From NCBI RefSeq assembly GCF_009914755.1, contig NC_060942.1: 64,000 bases of DNA, one strand, 5' to 3'. Source of the DNA: the human T2T-CHM13v2.0 reference genome, Homo sapiens. The notes beneath the pieces are model-generated. The model saw only the letters and a list, made by a program, of their open reading frames with translations, made no database searches and was not told the origin of the DNA. Below, piece after piece: positions 29,661-44,046 of this stretch. How positions within the stretch are numbered: the first letter of the stretch is position 1; each line of letters opens with the position of its first letter. Both the position numbers and the translations under genes were made by a program.

Positions 29661-29665
29661 TAGAT
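29609..29665 (+). repeat. GATA STR, probably forensic/linkage marker D18S535, 9-repeat allele
   Basis: AGAT AGAC AGAT AGAT then (GATA)9 at 29625-29660; flanks TCATGTGACAAAAGCCACAC (29571-29590) and TGCATTCTCATCTATATTTCTGTCT (29676-29700) match recalled D18S535 primers, giving a 130-bp product. Confidence 0.85.
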
Positions 29666-30874
29666 TCTCTTTCTCTGCATTCTCATCTATATTTCTGTCT
29701 TTCTCTTAATTATGGGTAACTCTTAGCCTGCCAGGCTACCATGGAAAGACAACCTTTATTCCTCTTTTCTCCTGGCTATGTTGTTCACTTCAAATATTAT
29801 CCCAGGAAAGGAACTGCTCCAGTCCAAGAAAGACTTCTATCACAATTAATTAACAGAACTTGTCTCATAGCCTTTGCACCCACAGTGGAGGGGAGACAGA
29901 AAATACATCCTCTGAGGTGCCTGAAAAGTAGAAAGCCAGAAATAGTTGATGAATAGAATTCCTTCCTTAACTGCTTGTTAAGAGAAAACTCATAATAATA
30001 TCCGTGAGACGTAAATAGTAGGTTACCATTGGAGGCAGTGGGAAGACCACTTTGTCCTGGAGGTCAGCGTAAGGCATTCCATTCTTATCCCAGCTCTTCT
30101 ATGTTTGACCTTGGGTAAATCATGTCACTGTTCCAAAAATGTGTTTTCTTACAAAGAGGTTATTTATTTGTCCTAGAGAACAACCAAGAAACACATTGAT
30201 TTTAATAGTCTCTGTTTCCATCAAACAGATCCAGCTTAGTGACTCAGGAAAATACCGAGGAGGAAAAGTCTCTTGATCAGTCCTTGGAATCTATTGAGGT
30301 AAAGTTGCATTCTCTAGCTCTAGGTCTTTTTTTTCACAGTCTCTTAGGAGCTTCCCTTATTATTCTTTTCATACCAGCCTTTTGCTTTTTACATGGGGTT
30401 GCTATAGATATAGGATGCAGCCATGCTCTGGGTCCCTGGAAGGGACTTCCATTCTTTTAAAGAGAAAATGCTTTCGTTAATAGGGCAGGCTTGGATCCCA
30501 GTAGCTCCTGTGTACAGATATTAAGAGGAGCATCTCTGCCAATGAACTTAGGCAGAACAATAAAGCATCTTTACAGCCCAGACTCACCAGAGCCACTACT
30601 GATTCACTGGCATATGCTCTCTCAATAGTAAAAGGCTGCCAGGATTTACTCGCTCAGCTTTTCTCTCTCCTAGGCCGTCATTATTCAGTGTAAAACTCCT
30701 TTAACCTGGTGGAGTTGTTGCTCTTGCTAATACTGTGTTAGCAAATTATTGATCCCAATGATGAGAACAGGAATCGTTTCTCCTGTAGCAGGATGTGCAA
30801 TTGGATCTACATTCTGCCCCGGTAATTTTCTCTATAGATCTTCCAGGAGGACTAGACAAATGGGCCATTAAAAA

Positions 30875-30896
30875 GGGGTAGGGGCGGGGTGGGGGG
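30875..30896 (+). promoter_or_regulatory. G-quadruplex-forming motif overlapping an SP/KLF GC-box
   Basis: GGGGTAGGGGCGGGGTGGGGGG: four tracts of at least 4 G with 1-2 nt loops; contains GGGGCGGGG. Confidence 0.6.
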
Positions 30897-33800
30897 AGCT
30901 GCCTGAGGTTGATGATGCATTTGAGCTGAATCCAAACTTTATAAGTGTTTTTCAGCTTCTATTTGAAAACTTATAAACATTGCTCTTTGGCACTTTATGG
31001 TTTTGTTTTGTTTTTGGTAGTTTTATTTGGCTTGTTTTTAACTTTCTCTGATGACCAAGAAGGAATTTTTAGCTTGTGAGCTGTTTATTTCCAATTGATC
31101 AAGACAATTAACAATTCAGAGAGGTCTTCATAAAGCAAAACAAGGTCATTGATCTCTTCAGTAAAAAGAAAAAGAAGGTAACACTGGTAATGAGAGTTGT
31201 TAAATTTCAGCCATGCTGACCTTGTTGGTTGGAATTTACAAATAGGAAATCTTCATTAAGATGATTACCTCTCTGTCTTTCACCTCCCCATTTTCATTTC
31301 AGGTCACTTTACTGGGTGGTTACTAATCCAATTATATGTGACTAGATTTTACAACACCTTCTGTGGGCCTAGCCCTATAGTAGATTCTGAAGAAGATCTT
31401 AAAAACAAAAAAAGAAAAAAAAAATGAGCTTGATGTTCTACCCTGAGGCTTTCAGAATGATCTTTAAAATTATTTGTTGAAAAGGAAATAAAGTTAATAA
31501 TAGAAACAGACTTGAAAAAAAAAACACCCCTGAATTAGAGTGACTGAATTTTTTCTTCGTCCCCCTAGAACAAAATCAAGAAGTGAAAGCAGAATGCATT
31601 GTTCATTATGTTGGTCAGAAAGTGAACTTTGGATGCAAAACACTGTGTGATTAAACTGAGACTTTAAAAGAGCTCTCTAAATGAATTGTGTGGTGCTCAT
31701 TCTGTGCAGAAGTATTGGAAGAATGTTGATATCTCAGATGGCACATTATTTTCTATTTTCTTTCTGAGATGTACTGAAGGATAACAGAAGCTAATTGTTT
31801 ATTTGTTTAATATGGATTGCTGACTTGAAAATGTTTTTTACAGTAAGAAAGTAAATTTATATCTCCAAGGTCTCAATTGAATTTCATATCAGGAAGAAGT
31901 GCTTAGCAAACTATTGACCTTACACTGCTCATTAGTTAGAAAAACAATTAAGGCTGAAAACTTCACTTTATGTTATACAGTAGCATATGACAGATATGTA
32001 AGATATTTTATGTAAGTGATCTCCCATGCCAGATTATAAATTCCAAAGAGACAGTTACTGTTCTTAAATAAAATCTAAGTGCTCACTTATTAGGCAATAG
32101 CATACAAAACTTGATATCTCAATTTTAGCACTTGTTAGAGTTAGGAGGATAAATGTCCATCTCCTCTTAAGATGATAAACCCTTTGAACCTGGAAACTTG
32201 ACTTTTCCTGTCGGTATTCTACCACAGCAGTGATTGCCATGGCTGATCCAGTGCTTGCTTTTGGTGGGATGGGACTTTTCACTGATATTTGTTATAATTC
32301 AGGTTCCACATAATACTCAGTTGACATCATTGGATCATTTGGCTTTATTTTTTAATCTCTCTCACTCTGGACACTAAATGGAAAACTAGAACTGAGAAGG
32401 AAAGGGTAATGGGAAGCTTAGAGAAAAACAAGAGAAAGATGGGAAAGAACCCACATTTCTGTATTTTAAAATAATGTCATAATATCATTTAATATTTGTA
32501 TTATTATTGTATTAATAACTAGGATTTGCAGAGTGCCTCCTTTGGATCCAGCTCAATAGTAGATCCTGAAAGTTATACAAATAAAATCAAGTGCAATTGT
32601 CCACCCTGAGGAATTAATGATAGCTTTCAATTTGAACTGGACCCACAAAAAGAATAATTTTATCTGGATCTTGATAGAAAAGTTAAAAAGTTATTATTTA
32701 GAATTGACAACATATATGTAAATAGAGGTGAAAATGAGATTGGCCTTGTTACCTACTTTAATAAAATGCCCCAAATGCATCCCAATATCCATCAGCAGTT
32801 TCTGTATTAGCTATAGCATATTCCTATCATTTCTTATGTTTCATATTTAAATATTCTAATCAGTGAAATGACATTTTTCCTATATTCCAAAAAATATAAT
32901 GCTTGTATTCTTTTGGCTTGAAACTACAATTTTTAGAAAATTATAAAACCTGAAACACCTAAAAGTAGTCTTTCATGAATGTCAGTAAAAATGCAAAAAG
33001 TGGTTTGAATGTGATGTCTTTGCTACTGAAAAGACCATTAATATACAAATCAAAGTAACATATACTTTATGAATAATAAATAAGCATTCATGGGGCACCA
33101 AATTCGATCTTAAAAATAAAGCCATGGATGCAAATAGCGTAATTGAAATTCTTACAAACTATTTATGTGCATTAATGAAAAGGAACGAATACTCCTTCTG
33201 CCCTATCCCTCCCATCCTTTTAAGTGGAGGCAATGAATATATCAATTGTGAGGCTTAACAACTGGGGTTTAGTAAAACATGCTTGATTAATTTTTACTGA
33301 GATTTCCAAAATAAAATGAGAAAGAAATCACCCCATTCATTATATCAGAGAAGGGAAAAGGATCTTGATATTTGACTGCATCCAACTGATCAAATGGCAT
33401 TCTAGCTAACCTCAGAAATGGGTTTCTGGCAAAGAATGAATTTTCTTTTTGAAGATGAGATGCATTCAAGTATCTTAGAAATTGCTGCAGCCCAGCGTCT
33501 TTACAATAGTAGAAAAAAATAAATGAAGAATACCACAGCAGCAGTCAAAAGAGCAACAAGAACGAGAACAGCCTGTAGGAGATGTCAAGGCACAGAACCC
33601 CACATTTTGAAAAATAAGAAGTTGCAGAGGGAAAAATATCTACAGAATATTCTTTCAGGTTAATTTTACCTGCATGTAGTCATGTATTCTAAATAGAATG
33701 AAATATTTAAATTATTTTTGTTTTATATCAGGTTTATATCTACTATATGATACTAAACCAGGCAATATACTTTTCAATGGTTTTCATTCATCTTTGATTT

Positions 33801-34356
33801 TTCTGCGGTTTATATTACTATTTCAGTATAGTTATTTCTATACAATATTAGAACTCAGTTTCAAAACTCATAATTGCAAGACGGCATTCTGGTAATATAT
33901 ATATAGCTAACTGTTTAGCTATATAAAGCAGAAAGAAAGGAAACATAAAGGGTCCAAGTTTCAATAGGCTCCCTGTCTTCAATTATAAGAATAATTTTTA
34001 AAGCTTCTAAAAAAGGAACACACTGATTTTTTCCTTTCCTTTAATAATTCTCAAATGGAGATATTTGTATATATTCTGAACTCTATCAAATGCTAGAAAT
34101 GATGGGCAAAGTCCAGAGATATCAATGTTGAAATTACGGCAACTGTCCTCAAAGAGGTTTCAAAAAAGCTAAATTGGAAGAAAAGGAAAGCACCTAGTAT
34201 GCACAATGAAAGCAAACAATACAATAGAGTATAACAACAAGGGTTAATTGTTTTACATAGATTATAGATGTTTTATGATGTTCAGGGTAGTTGAAATTAC
34301 TATGGAATAGAAAATGTTTAGATGAGCAATAGAGGTCAAAAAGAGAGTATTATGTG

Positions 34357-34831
34357 TGAGGTAGGAATCAGTAGGACTTGTTTTTATGACCCTACTCATC
34401 AAAATAGGATGTAGCAAAAACATCAGCCCAAACCAGCTAGGAATATAAATTATAATACATTTGCATAAGACACTCCCACCAGCACCATGCTAGTTTACCA
34501 ATGATGACACAGCAATTACACGGAAGATACTTTATATGGTTTTGGGAACTCCTCGCCCCTTTTTTAGAAAGTTCATGAATAACCCACTCCTATTTGGCAT
34601 ATAATTAAGAGTGAGCATAAATACAGCTAAGCAGCAATCCATAAATGCTACTCTGGGCCAGTATGCCTATGGGATGATCGTCTTGCTCTCTCTATGGAGC
34701 AACTATTTTGCTGCACACTGTTGCTCTAATATACTTGCTTTCTTTCACTGTCAGCTCACTCTTGAATTCTTTCCTGAGTGAAGCCAAAAACCCTCCTGAG
34801 CTGAGCCCAATTTGGGGGTTCCCCTGCATTA
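34357..34831 (+). mobile_element. ERV1 solo LTR, MER41 family (C/E-like)
   Basis: Starts TGAGGTAGGAATCAGTAGGACTTG; GACACTCCCACCAGCACCATG, GCCTATGGG, TTGAATTCTTTCCTGAGTGAAGCCAA. Confidence 0.8.
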
Positions 34832-35089
34832 TTTACAAGTCTACTTAGAATTCCTCTTAATCCATTAGTGTGGAAACTTAAGTGAAAAATATCTTGAAGG
34901 GGAAAATTGAGGAATATTTCTTCTGATTTAATTCTATGTATTTTAATATTAACGGAGAATGACAGAGGACCCAATTTTAGATTATTTTATACCTGTTTTT
35001 ATATCTCAAATGCCACTTGTTTTAATTTGTTCTTCATACTCTTGATCAAAGATTGTATCACGACTAGGAACTCATAGACTGCACCTGAT

Positions 35090-35925
35090 CATTAGTAGCT
35101 TCTGAGCCCTTAACTTAGATTGACTTTCACATGAAACAGAGTTGGAGACAGAAATTTTCATATAAAAGGTTTATTGAAGAGTACTCTCTGGGGACTTTTC
35201 CATGATGCAAGTGATAGAGGCAAGATTAGGCAGAAGGTGAAATTTAAGAGTGATCCGTTTGCAACAGAGGCTCGGCCAATCCCACAAAAGCTCTGTAGTC
35301 ACTTCAGAAATGTCCAAACTTGGGGAAAAAAAGTGCCAGATGGTTGAATCCCACATTCACCAGTCAATGGGGTGAGAGCTTTCCCAAGAACAGAATACAA
35401 ACTTTTCATTCTAATGGAGAAAAATTTCCATAGAAAATCTGTATTAGTCTGTTATCACACTGCTGTAAAGAACTACCTGAGATTGGGAAATTTTTGAAGA
35501 AAAGAAGTTTAATTGACTCACAGTTCTGCAGGCTGTACAGGAAGCATAGCTGGGAAGCCTCGGGAAACTTAGAATCATAGCAGAAGGGTGAAAAGGAAGC
35601 AAGCATGTCTTTACATGGCAGCAGTAGAGACAGAGCAAAGGGGGAAGTGCTACACACTTTTAAACCATCAGATCTCATGAGAACTCACTCCCTACCACAA
35701 GGCAGCTAGGGGGAAATCCATCCCAATGGTACAATCACCTCCCACTAAGCCTCTTCTCCAACCCTGAAGATAATAATTCAGCAAGAGATTTGGATGGGGA
35801 CATAGAACCAAACCATATCAGGATGCAAATTGGAACAATCAGCTGCTAATGGTTCTGGCAACTGGGGAATAAGTGCTTCAATGCTGAAGAGAAAATCTGG
35901 GTAACATACTACAGCATCTACTACA
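35090..35925 (-). mobile_element. Old ERVL-class LTR (LTR16/LTR33-like) split by MSTA
   Basis: GGTTTATTG...GCAACAGAGGCTCGGCCAATCCCAC...AGCTCTG; resumes after the MSTA to ACAGCATCTACTACA. Confidence 0.5.
35440..35820 (-). mobile_element. MSTA/THE1D MaLR solo LTR
   Basis: TGTATTAGTCTG...AAAGAACTACCTGAGA...GGCTGTACAGGAAGCAT...CCAAACCATATCA. Confidence 0.9.
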
Positions 35926-38900
35926 GGCCAAAACTCACGTGAACCACTTAGTTAAGGACAGTGTGTTTGAAGGAGGGACTGTATTCTGATAATTATGAAT
36001 GCCGTCTAGAAATGTGAAACTCTAGGACTCCAATGCTGATATCATAAAACATGTGCCTTTGATCAAGTGTAATCTTTCTTTTAGGATACTTTCAGTATTA
36101 AAGAAACTAAATAAAACAAAAAAATCAGGGAAAGGGCAACACCTGGTACATTGTAAGCTCTCAAAATGTTGGGTATTGTTAATATCAACAGGGTGGATTC
36201 AAATAATGTAATATCTGTCTAGAAAAGTTTGAATTAAGAAGATACAGAGTTCTGCATTTTTAATACAAATTAGATGATCAGTGACTAAAAGTTGATTAGC
36301 TACTTTATATAGTAAATTCAACTAGTGTTAAAAATAGGACTGGGTTTTTAGAGGAGAGTGAAAAAGAAAATGAAGAAAGCTGAAAATATAGTTGAAAGGT
36401 GGATACATTCCTAAAATCTACATTAAGAATGTAGAATAATTTGGATAATGTATAGATGGCACTTCCCAGGTGGGAACTTTTGAGAGACAAAAGGCATGTC
36501 TGTGTTGTTCACTGTCATCCTGCCTACCAGGACTTTGGAACTACAAATGAGACATAGTAGATGTTTACAAATACTTATTGAAACAAATGACTAAATTAAT
36601 TAATTAACGACTAATACATATATAGTATTTGTGGACTTGGCTGGTATCCAAGGTGAAAATTTGTGAATTTCTATAAAACCACATTTGCAAATAAATACAA
36701 ATAAAGAATTAAATTTTTGTACAATAGATAATATACCATCATTAATCAAATATATTTATTGAGTATCTACTATATGATTTCTACTGAGTAAACCAAAAAA
36801 GTATAAGACATGATCAAATAGCAAATGCTGACAGCTAAATCTGAGATGCTTTTTCTTTTAAAAAAGCAAAAAGATGTCTTTGTTTATTTCCTGAAAGAGA
36901 GCAAAATGTTTCTCTCAACATTGCCCTCTTTCTGTATATTAAGACTTAGCATAAGCGGGATGTGATATTACTGGAATCAGTGGTTTCAAACATATTTAAA
37001 TATCAAATGACAGTAAATTGGTGAAACCATGAAAAATGACAAAGAAAACTTAACACCCAGCCACATGTTAATTTAAAAACAAGATCTGCAGTGTTTAAAA
37101 TGGAGATTTAACGTGGGCTTACATGTAGGCTCCTTTAACTTAAACAAGTCATTAATATGGAAATATTAATTAATTTAAATGGAGGGTGTCTGTTTTGATC
37201 CAAAAGATAAAAAATTGTCAGCCTGCTTTAGTGGAATATACCATCACTCACAACAAGAGGAAGAAAACAAGGAGAAATACGACACTGGTTAGAGACAATA
37301 GATCTGTGAAAACAGCCAGCCAGTAATTCCAACTACCAGCTCAAACAAGAAGACAAATGGAGGTTGTAGCTTTTACCATTAAGAAACCAGTTAGAGTTCC
37401 ATTTTGTGCCAGGACAGTTCTGCCAAAAAGAACTTTCAGTTCCAACTTGCTCTGTCGGTCCTCTCCACAGAAACAGTTTTGGCTTGTATATGCAAACAAA
37501 GTGACAATGAAAGTTACATTCCAATGACCTTGCCTTTGAGATGATGGCGACACATCCTAGAAGAATTAGAAAGTTACATTGAGGGCTGTAATGCTATTAT
37601 AACCTGTTGTGAGCCAATCCAATCTGGGTGAGATATTTCCTATGCTGTGCTCTCACAGTGATGCATACAGCTAATTGTAAAGCCACCTGCTTCCCTGAGT
37701 TACATCATTCACAGTTAATTTATATTCAGGTGGCATGCACAACGTTTTCTCTTAATTTCTGCATAACAGTTCATTTTCTTTGGTTAGAATCAGCATTTCT
37801 CTCAAAGCATTTTGTAAAAGCACAGCTGTCATACATAACCTGTATAAAAGCCCCAGAACCCGTAACAGATCTATTAAAGGGAGTATAAATAATAACAGAG
37901 AAGAAAAACTTCCCAGCGAAGAAGGATATTAAAAAAAAAATCTAGATTCCTGGTTTGAACACAAGGCTGTCTCTTTAAAGCAGAAACACCACCAGTTCAT
38001 TATGCATTCTTTCAATGTCCTAGTTGTGAAGGGGAGGTGGGTAGTGGGGAACACAGCCTTAAATTCTTCAGAGCTGTCCTGGTTGGTTTATCTACTGTGA
38101 TTTACTGTTGTGATTGTTGAGCAGCTGACCACTGATTTTAACACTAGGGTATAGAGGAGACAGATTGACATAGGTTTCATTAAAATTCAAGAAACTCAAC
38201 TCCACAGAGAGCATGACTAACTTCCTTATACATGACAGGAATCCCCACAGATGGTACTTCACCCTTGCTAAAGGAATTAAGTCTACCAAAAGAATCCCTG
38301 TCTATAAGCAGCCAATTCCCCAAATCTACAGGCTCATCTGCACAGATATTCTTTATACTGTCATTCTTAAGTACCTTAGGGTAGCTCTGAAAGACAGGGG
38401 GCCGAGAGGGAGCAGCCGCTGCTGCCTTGACTACCCCTCAAGCATGCTGGTGGCGTGGGGATGATGGGATTATAAAGTAAACATAATAAAACGCAGGACC
38501 AGGGCATCCGGTGGACACAGTCTATTTGCTGACTCCTTTTTGCTTGGGAAGAGCTGAGATGAAATTCTTATTATAATTACACAGAATCCCTGCATCAAAC
38601 TGGCAGTTATTAAACTATTAGGCAAATGCACAAATGAGTATTGTATATGGTTCCTGGTCCAATTAACTTCCTTTCTTCTTCTTCTTTCTCTCTGCTCTCT
38701 GGCATTATGCTCTTACATTCCACATTTCATCTTCAAATATTTAAGTCGTCAAGGAAAAAATAAACTAGCCATCACACATTCATTATATTGTGTCAAATAG
38801 GACATGAAGGAGACAGCTTTCTTTTTTCCTGTCCTCTGCTCTTGTCAATCAAAAGCACAGTAATTAAAAGAGGATGGGGGATGTTTTCAAATTAAGAACA

Positions 38901-39857
38901 AAGGAGGAGGCATTTAATAGGAGGAAGAGAAGAGTAATTAAAATAAATAAATAAAGGCTCTAGCTGTGTCTATTGTCCCCAGTGAGCTGTTCTGAACTGT
39001 GATTTCACCGGCTCACAGCCTCCCCTTCACCCCCTACTCATCCTCCTCGAGTTTCTCCTGAGAAAATACTACAGACAGCCTGTGTTATCTACACTCCTTA
39101 ACACATTCTTGGAGTTTAATATAATGTTAAATACTTGAATACATTGAGGATGTAGACTAAATTTTTCTCATTTTCCAAATTAGACAGGATTAGGATAAAC
39201 TGAAGACACAAACATTTAGCATCCGTAGAATCATCAACATAGAGTCATTACATAATCGTCATTTGGATTTTCCTTAAATTAGAAATGTTTTCCCTCACCT
39301 ATATAATGCATAACACAATGCTTCATTCCACCAGCTGTGGCTGAGTCATTCTTTCTTCATGACAAATCAGGTAATAATGGCAGATAGGCAATGGGATTTA
39401 TAACTTTTTGGCCAACTTTGAATCTTGATCACCATATCTATAGGACAATAAGTTTTTAATTAATTGGTGTATCCTATAAAAGCTCTTGTGGTGAAAATAA
39501 GTTGAAACATTCTTCCTGGGTCTTCAGATTCCTGGAAAACAGGCAATGTATCCTTCTGTCCCAGAAAAATGAGATGTGAGTGTTATTCACTGAGGAAATC
39601 CTGGTTTATGGGATTATATTAGAGCCTCTACTATTCAGTTATATTTATAGTTATGTTCATATACACACACCAATATAGATAATAATTTCATTGTTCTAAT
39701 TTCAACATTACATTTTAGCTTTTTTGCTGTGTGTGTGTGATTGTGTGTGTGTAGTTTCATATTATGCATATAATGATGTGTTATTAAAGTTAAAAGTCAT
39801 TAGATTACATAATTTTTAATAAAATAATTTGCATCCTACAAGTTTGAAGTCATCAGT

Positions 39858-39864
<7 letters not shown>

Positions 39865-39890
<26 letters not shown>

Positions 39891-39906
39891 TCTCTCTCTC
39901 TCTCTC
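39865..39906 (+). repeat. Compound (AC)13(TC)8 microsatellite
   Basis: Direct read. Confidence 0.95.
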
Positions 39907-41221
39907 TTTTCAGCTTGAAAACCCAGAAGTGCAGCTATTATATTTTCTCTTTAAAAGAAATTATAAACAAAAGTGTTCTGTCTTATTTCCATTTATTTGA
40001 GGGTATGGAATCAAGTGATAAGAAGCCCTGGAAAAGAGAAAACTTATATTTAAAAATATTCTACAATATGATGTTTGCTTAATTAAAATAAAAATTTATT
40101 TTTGGACATAAAATAAGTTGTAGAAATGCTTATGAGAATTAAACAACAGAAATTCATGCCATTTTTGCCCGAGCACTTCAAATTCATGTAAGAATCAAGG
40201 CAAAATGTTTTTATACTATAGCATAATATAAAACTAAGTAAAAATGCATATAGGACAGTATTTTATAGAACAGTGGACTAAACTTAAAACCATTGCTAAT
40301 AGAACTTTTCATTCATATGACACTATAATAAAGCCAATTAGGAGATTGGAGTTGGGGCCCAATTTTGAATTGGCTTTCTCTGCTGTAGTTATGGTACTTT
40401 CATGCCTATTTATCTGGGTAGTTATTTCCCCTGACAACCGTAAATGAGTTTTTTACATAATTTTATGAGAGCCATGTTATAACAATGAATTAGTAACTCC
40501 AAGATTCCAAGTGAATATTTTGCAGCTTTATTACAAGGCTTTGTGTCCGAATTCTGACTAGCGAGGGCCTCTGGAATGAATGGTAATTACATAGATGCAC
40601 CTGCTAACCTGTTCTCTTTGAGCTTAGCACTAATTTTAAATTTCCCTCACTACTGAAAGCAGACCGAGTTTAAAATCAGCAAAAATCATGGTGAAATTTT
40701 GGTTCTTTTCGCATCAAGCACAAAATTTCTGGAGAAAAAAAAAAAAGGTGATCACATAAGGATACCTGTGATGAAAGTGGTCATCTCCCTAGCTCATGGT
40801 ATATTTAGAAACAAGTAGAACCTGACTTTGAGATATTCTTGAAAAACAAAAAAGGAAAAGAAAAAGATCAAGAGAGAAAGAGAAAGATAGAATCATCTTG
40901 AGTGGCTTCATTCCTTCAATATTAAGTATATGTCTGGAGCTGGAGAGCCTGGGAGTTGTCCACCGCTGAAGTAAGTATGTCAGGTACCCACTGTAAATTG
41001 TCCTCTGCATAAAACCTAAAGTCATTTTTCACAAAGGAACAGGGTGTGGCTGGATACATGTCATATCCAAGGGGCTTGGCTATACTTGTGAGTGAAACAT
41101 TTGAGGTAGGACTAGAGCTGATTCTGTGCTTTTAGAAAAAATATCACTTGTTTATTGCACCAGGCAGATGTTCATTCTCCAGCGAGGGAAACAAAAGCTA
41201 AATAAAGAAGTTAACAAATTA

Positions 41222-41852
41222 TAGTTCATATATTCTCATTATTTGTGGCTGTTATATTCCATAAGTTGTTGTGAAAACTGAATTAGCAAATTCTAAACCA
41301 TATATGAACTTCTCATCATAACATTTTCATCAGCCAATCAATACAACACCAAATTTGGGTGTGTTTCTGTTTAAGGACACTTTATATCATACATATTGTC
41401 CATTCACTAAGATTGAACTCAGATCCAACAGCACTGCAACTCATGCCTGAACAAAGCTTATCTTACTCTCTTTGTTAGGCACATTACAGCCTTCCTGCAC
41501 TTAGGAACTTTAGACAGCATTCAGCACCACACTTGAGGACCATTTTAAACAGCAAAATCAACAAGAAAAAGCAGAAAAAATTCCAAAAAAAGGTGGCACT
41601 AAATAGAATATCAAAAGGACACTTGTTTGGAGTATGAAATCTGAAATAAGAAGGCAGAGCTTTCCTTGTTACCCTGAAGCAGGCACATGTGCACTGGCTG
41701 ACTCAAGTTTTCACAGATCTATGCATGTCACAAATGACTACAAAAGTGTACAAGTATTGATTTGGGGGTTACAAATATATTTTATTGGGTAGGCAGCTTT
41801 GTGAATACAGAATCCACAAATATGAAATCCACTAATGATGAGGATGAACTAT
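41222..41852. mobile_element. MER82 (TcMar-Tigger) DNA transposon
   Basis: ATTCTCATTATTTGTGG...ACTGAATTAGCAAAT; GCCTTCCTGCACTTAGGAAC; end CCACTAATGATGAGGATGAACTATA is roughly the inverse of the start. Confidence 0.8.
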
Positions 41853-42620
41853 ATTCCTCCAATCTTGCCCCCACTATAGTAACTATCTAGATCCTGTGCA
41901 AGCATGCCACTCCATAATTAGCAAAAACACCAAAGCCACCTTCTTGGAGCCTCTGTCTCAGTTACTTGACCCCCACACAGCCCCACATCCCATTTTCATT
42001 TTTTTGGTGTTTACACTTCTTGGGACAAGAAATGCTTTTCTGGCCTTTGACTAGGCAGTAACACAAACAGCTTTTACAATAGCAGCTTTGTTTGGGCCCC
42101 TCTGTCAACCAGGGAAAGTGAATACAATGGAAACCTGGGGTATTCCAGAAAATTATCTTCTCTCTTAGCACTGCCATTTGTAGCTACATGGGGTTCAGGT
42201 GTGGTTCTGATATAATGAAATCTAGGACTAGCTGTCAATGGTAGAGACTTTGGAAGCACAAGGAACCCAGCAGCTAATTCTAACATGGGAAATGTAAATA
42301 GACACAATTTTGGATACGGAAGTAGACAAAGGTAGGAAGAATGAGAAAGCTGCTAACTTTTAGGGCCGCTTCATTGTATCTATAACTTAAAATTAAGTGA
42401 ATATGATTAACAATGGAATTCTTATAGTCACATTTCCTATGAGTACTTTTCAAATTTTAACTCATCCATGAAATCAAATGCATATTGGGAAAATTTTATG
42501 ATCTTACACAGTTAGACCTTATTGGGAAGTTTCTAGATTCACAAAAGGCCCCCAAAAAAGAATTATGTATGAACTTTATTTCTACATCAGGTCTTTAACG
42601 GAAGTGCCTTGTGGATGATG

Positions 42621-42624
<4 letters not shown>

Positions 42625-42660
<36 letters not shown>
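42625..42660 (+). repeat. (TG)18 microsatellite
   Basis: Direct read. Confidence 0.95.
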
Positions 42661-42663
<3 letters not shown>

Positions 42664-43179
42664 ACATACATACGTTTATATGTGAATACCAATTTTCCTA
42701 ATGTGTAATGTCCTCTTCAAAAGGAAATTGGGTACTTTATGATTATTCCATTTCCCACCCTAGCCTGCTCAGGTGCCTTTCAGGTATTCACAAATAACTA
42801 ACTTTTCAGAGGCCTTCTACCATCTGCTATAGTTTAGCAACTCTTATGTATTCCAAAACATGAAGATTCATCTCAACTAGCTGATACAATTAAGTAATTC
42901 AATCCCATTTAATAATATAGTAACAAACAGAATTATCAGAGTTCCTAATGTAGGTTAACATTGATGATATTGTTACTGGTTGGAGAGAGTGTCATACCAG
43001 AAGTTCCCACTGGGAGTTACAAAGTAACCACAAAGCAAACATTTAGACAGGGGTATCTTCAAATACTATAAAGATTTCTAACTTAAGGCAACAATCTTCA
43101 GACCAATAGGTAATATACGAACACTTATTGTAAGTATATTTCCTATAATATAATGACTACAACTTTATAAGAAAGATCA

Positions 43180-43489
<310 letters not shown>

Positions 43490-44046
43490 TTAAATCTTTT
43501 GGAGCTTGAGCATGATCTCCCTATAACTTGATAACAAAACAAAATAGTGGCTACTGGGCTTCTTTTTCTCTTTCCTTTCAATAATTTGCTTCCAAAGGTA
43601 GAGCAAATGCCAAGAGTAAAATCTCCAGTCACTATATTTAAAATTGATTGGCCTCTTTTTGGACCCTCTTCAAAATAATAATAAACATTGACTTGCTGTA
43701 TTAATTTGTCCTAAAATAAAAGAAAATGCATAGAAACATCTTCTGCTTGTTTTTACTTGATAACAATGTCCACAGGATGTAGGATGAGGTCACAGAAATT
43801 GAGAGGAAGTAGTGACAGAGACAAAGGAAAGGAAAGGTAACTGCTGCGTGTGGGTTCATTTGCTATGAAGTATAACTGAAAGCATAGAAAAAGATGCAAG
43901 GGTATGAAGGCTTTGGTATTAAGTGTTGAAATTTCAGGGCATTCCACTACTAATCTTACCAAAGTACCACAAACCAAAAGATTTCAGTGAAAACTGCTCT
44001 TCTCAGTATGAATCTTTATATAAGTTAGATACAAGCAATAGCCAGT

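Noticed and set aside
33900-33925. 11-bp-arm hairpin TATATAGCTAA-CTGT-TTAGCTATATA
   Set aside because: Short and AT-rich; plausible by chance or as a minor template switch, with no functional evidence.
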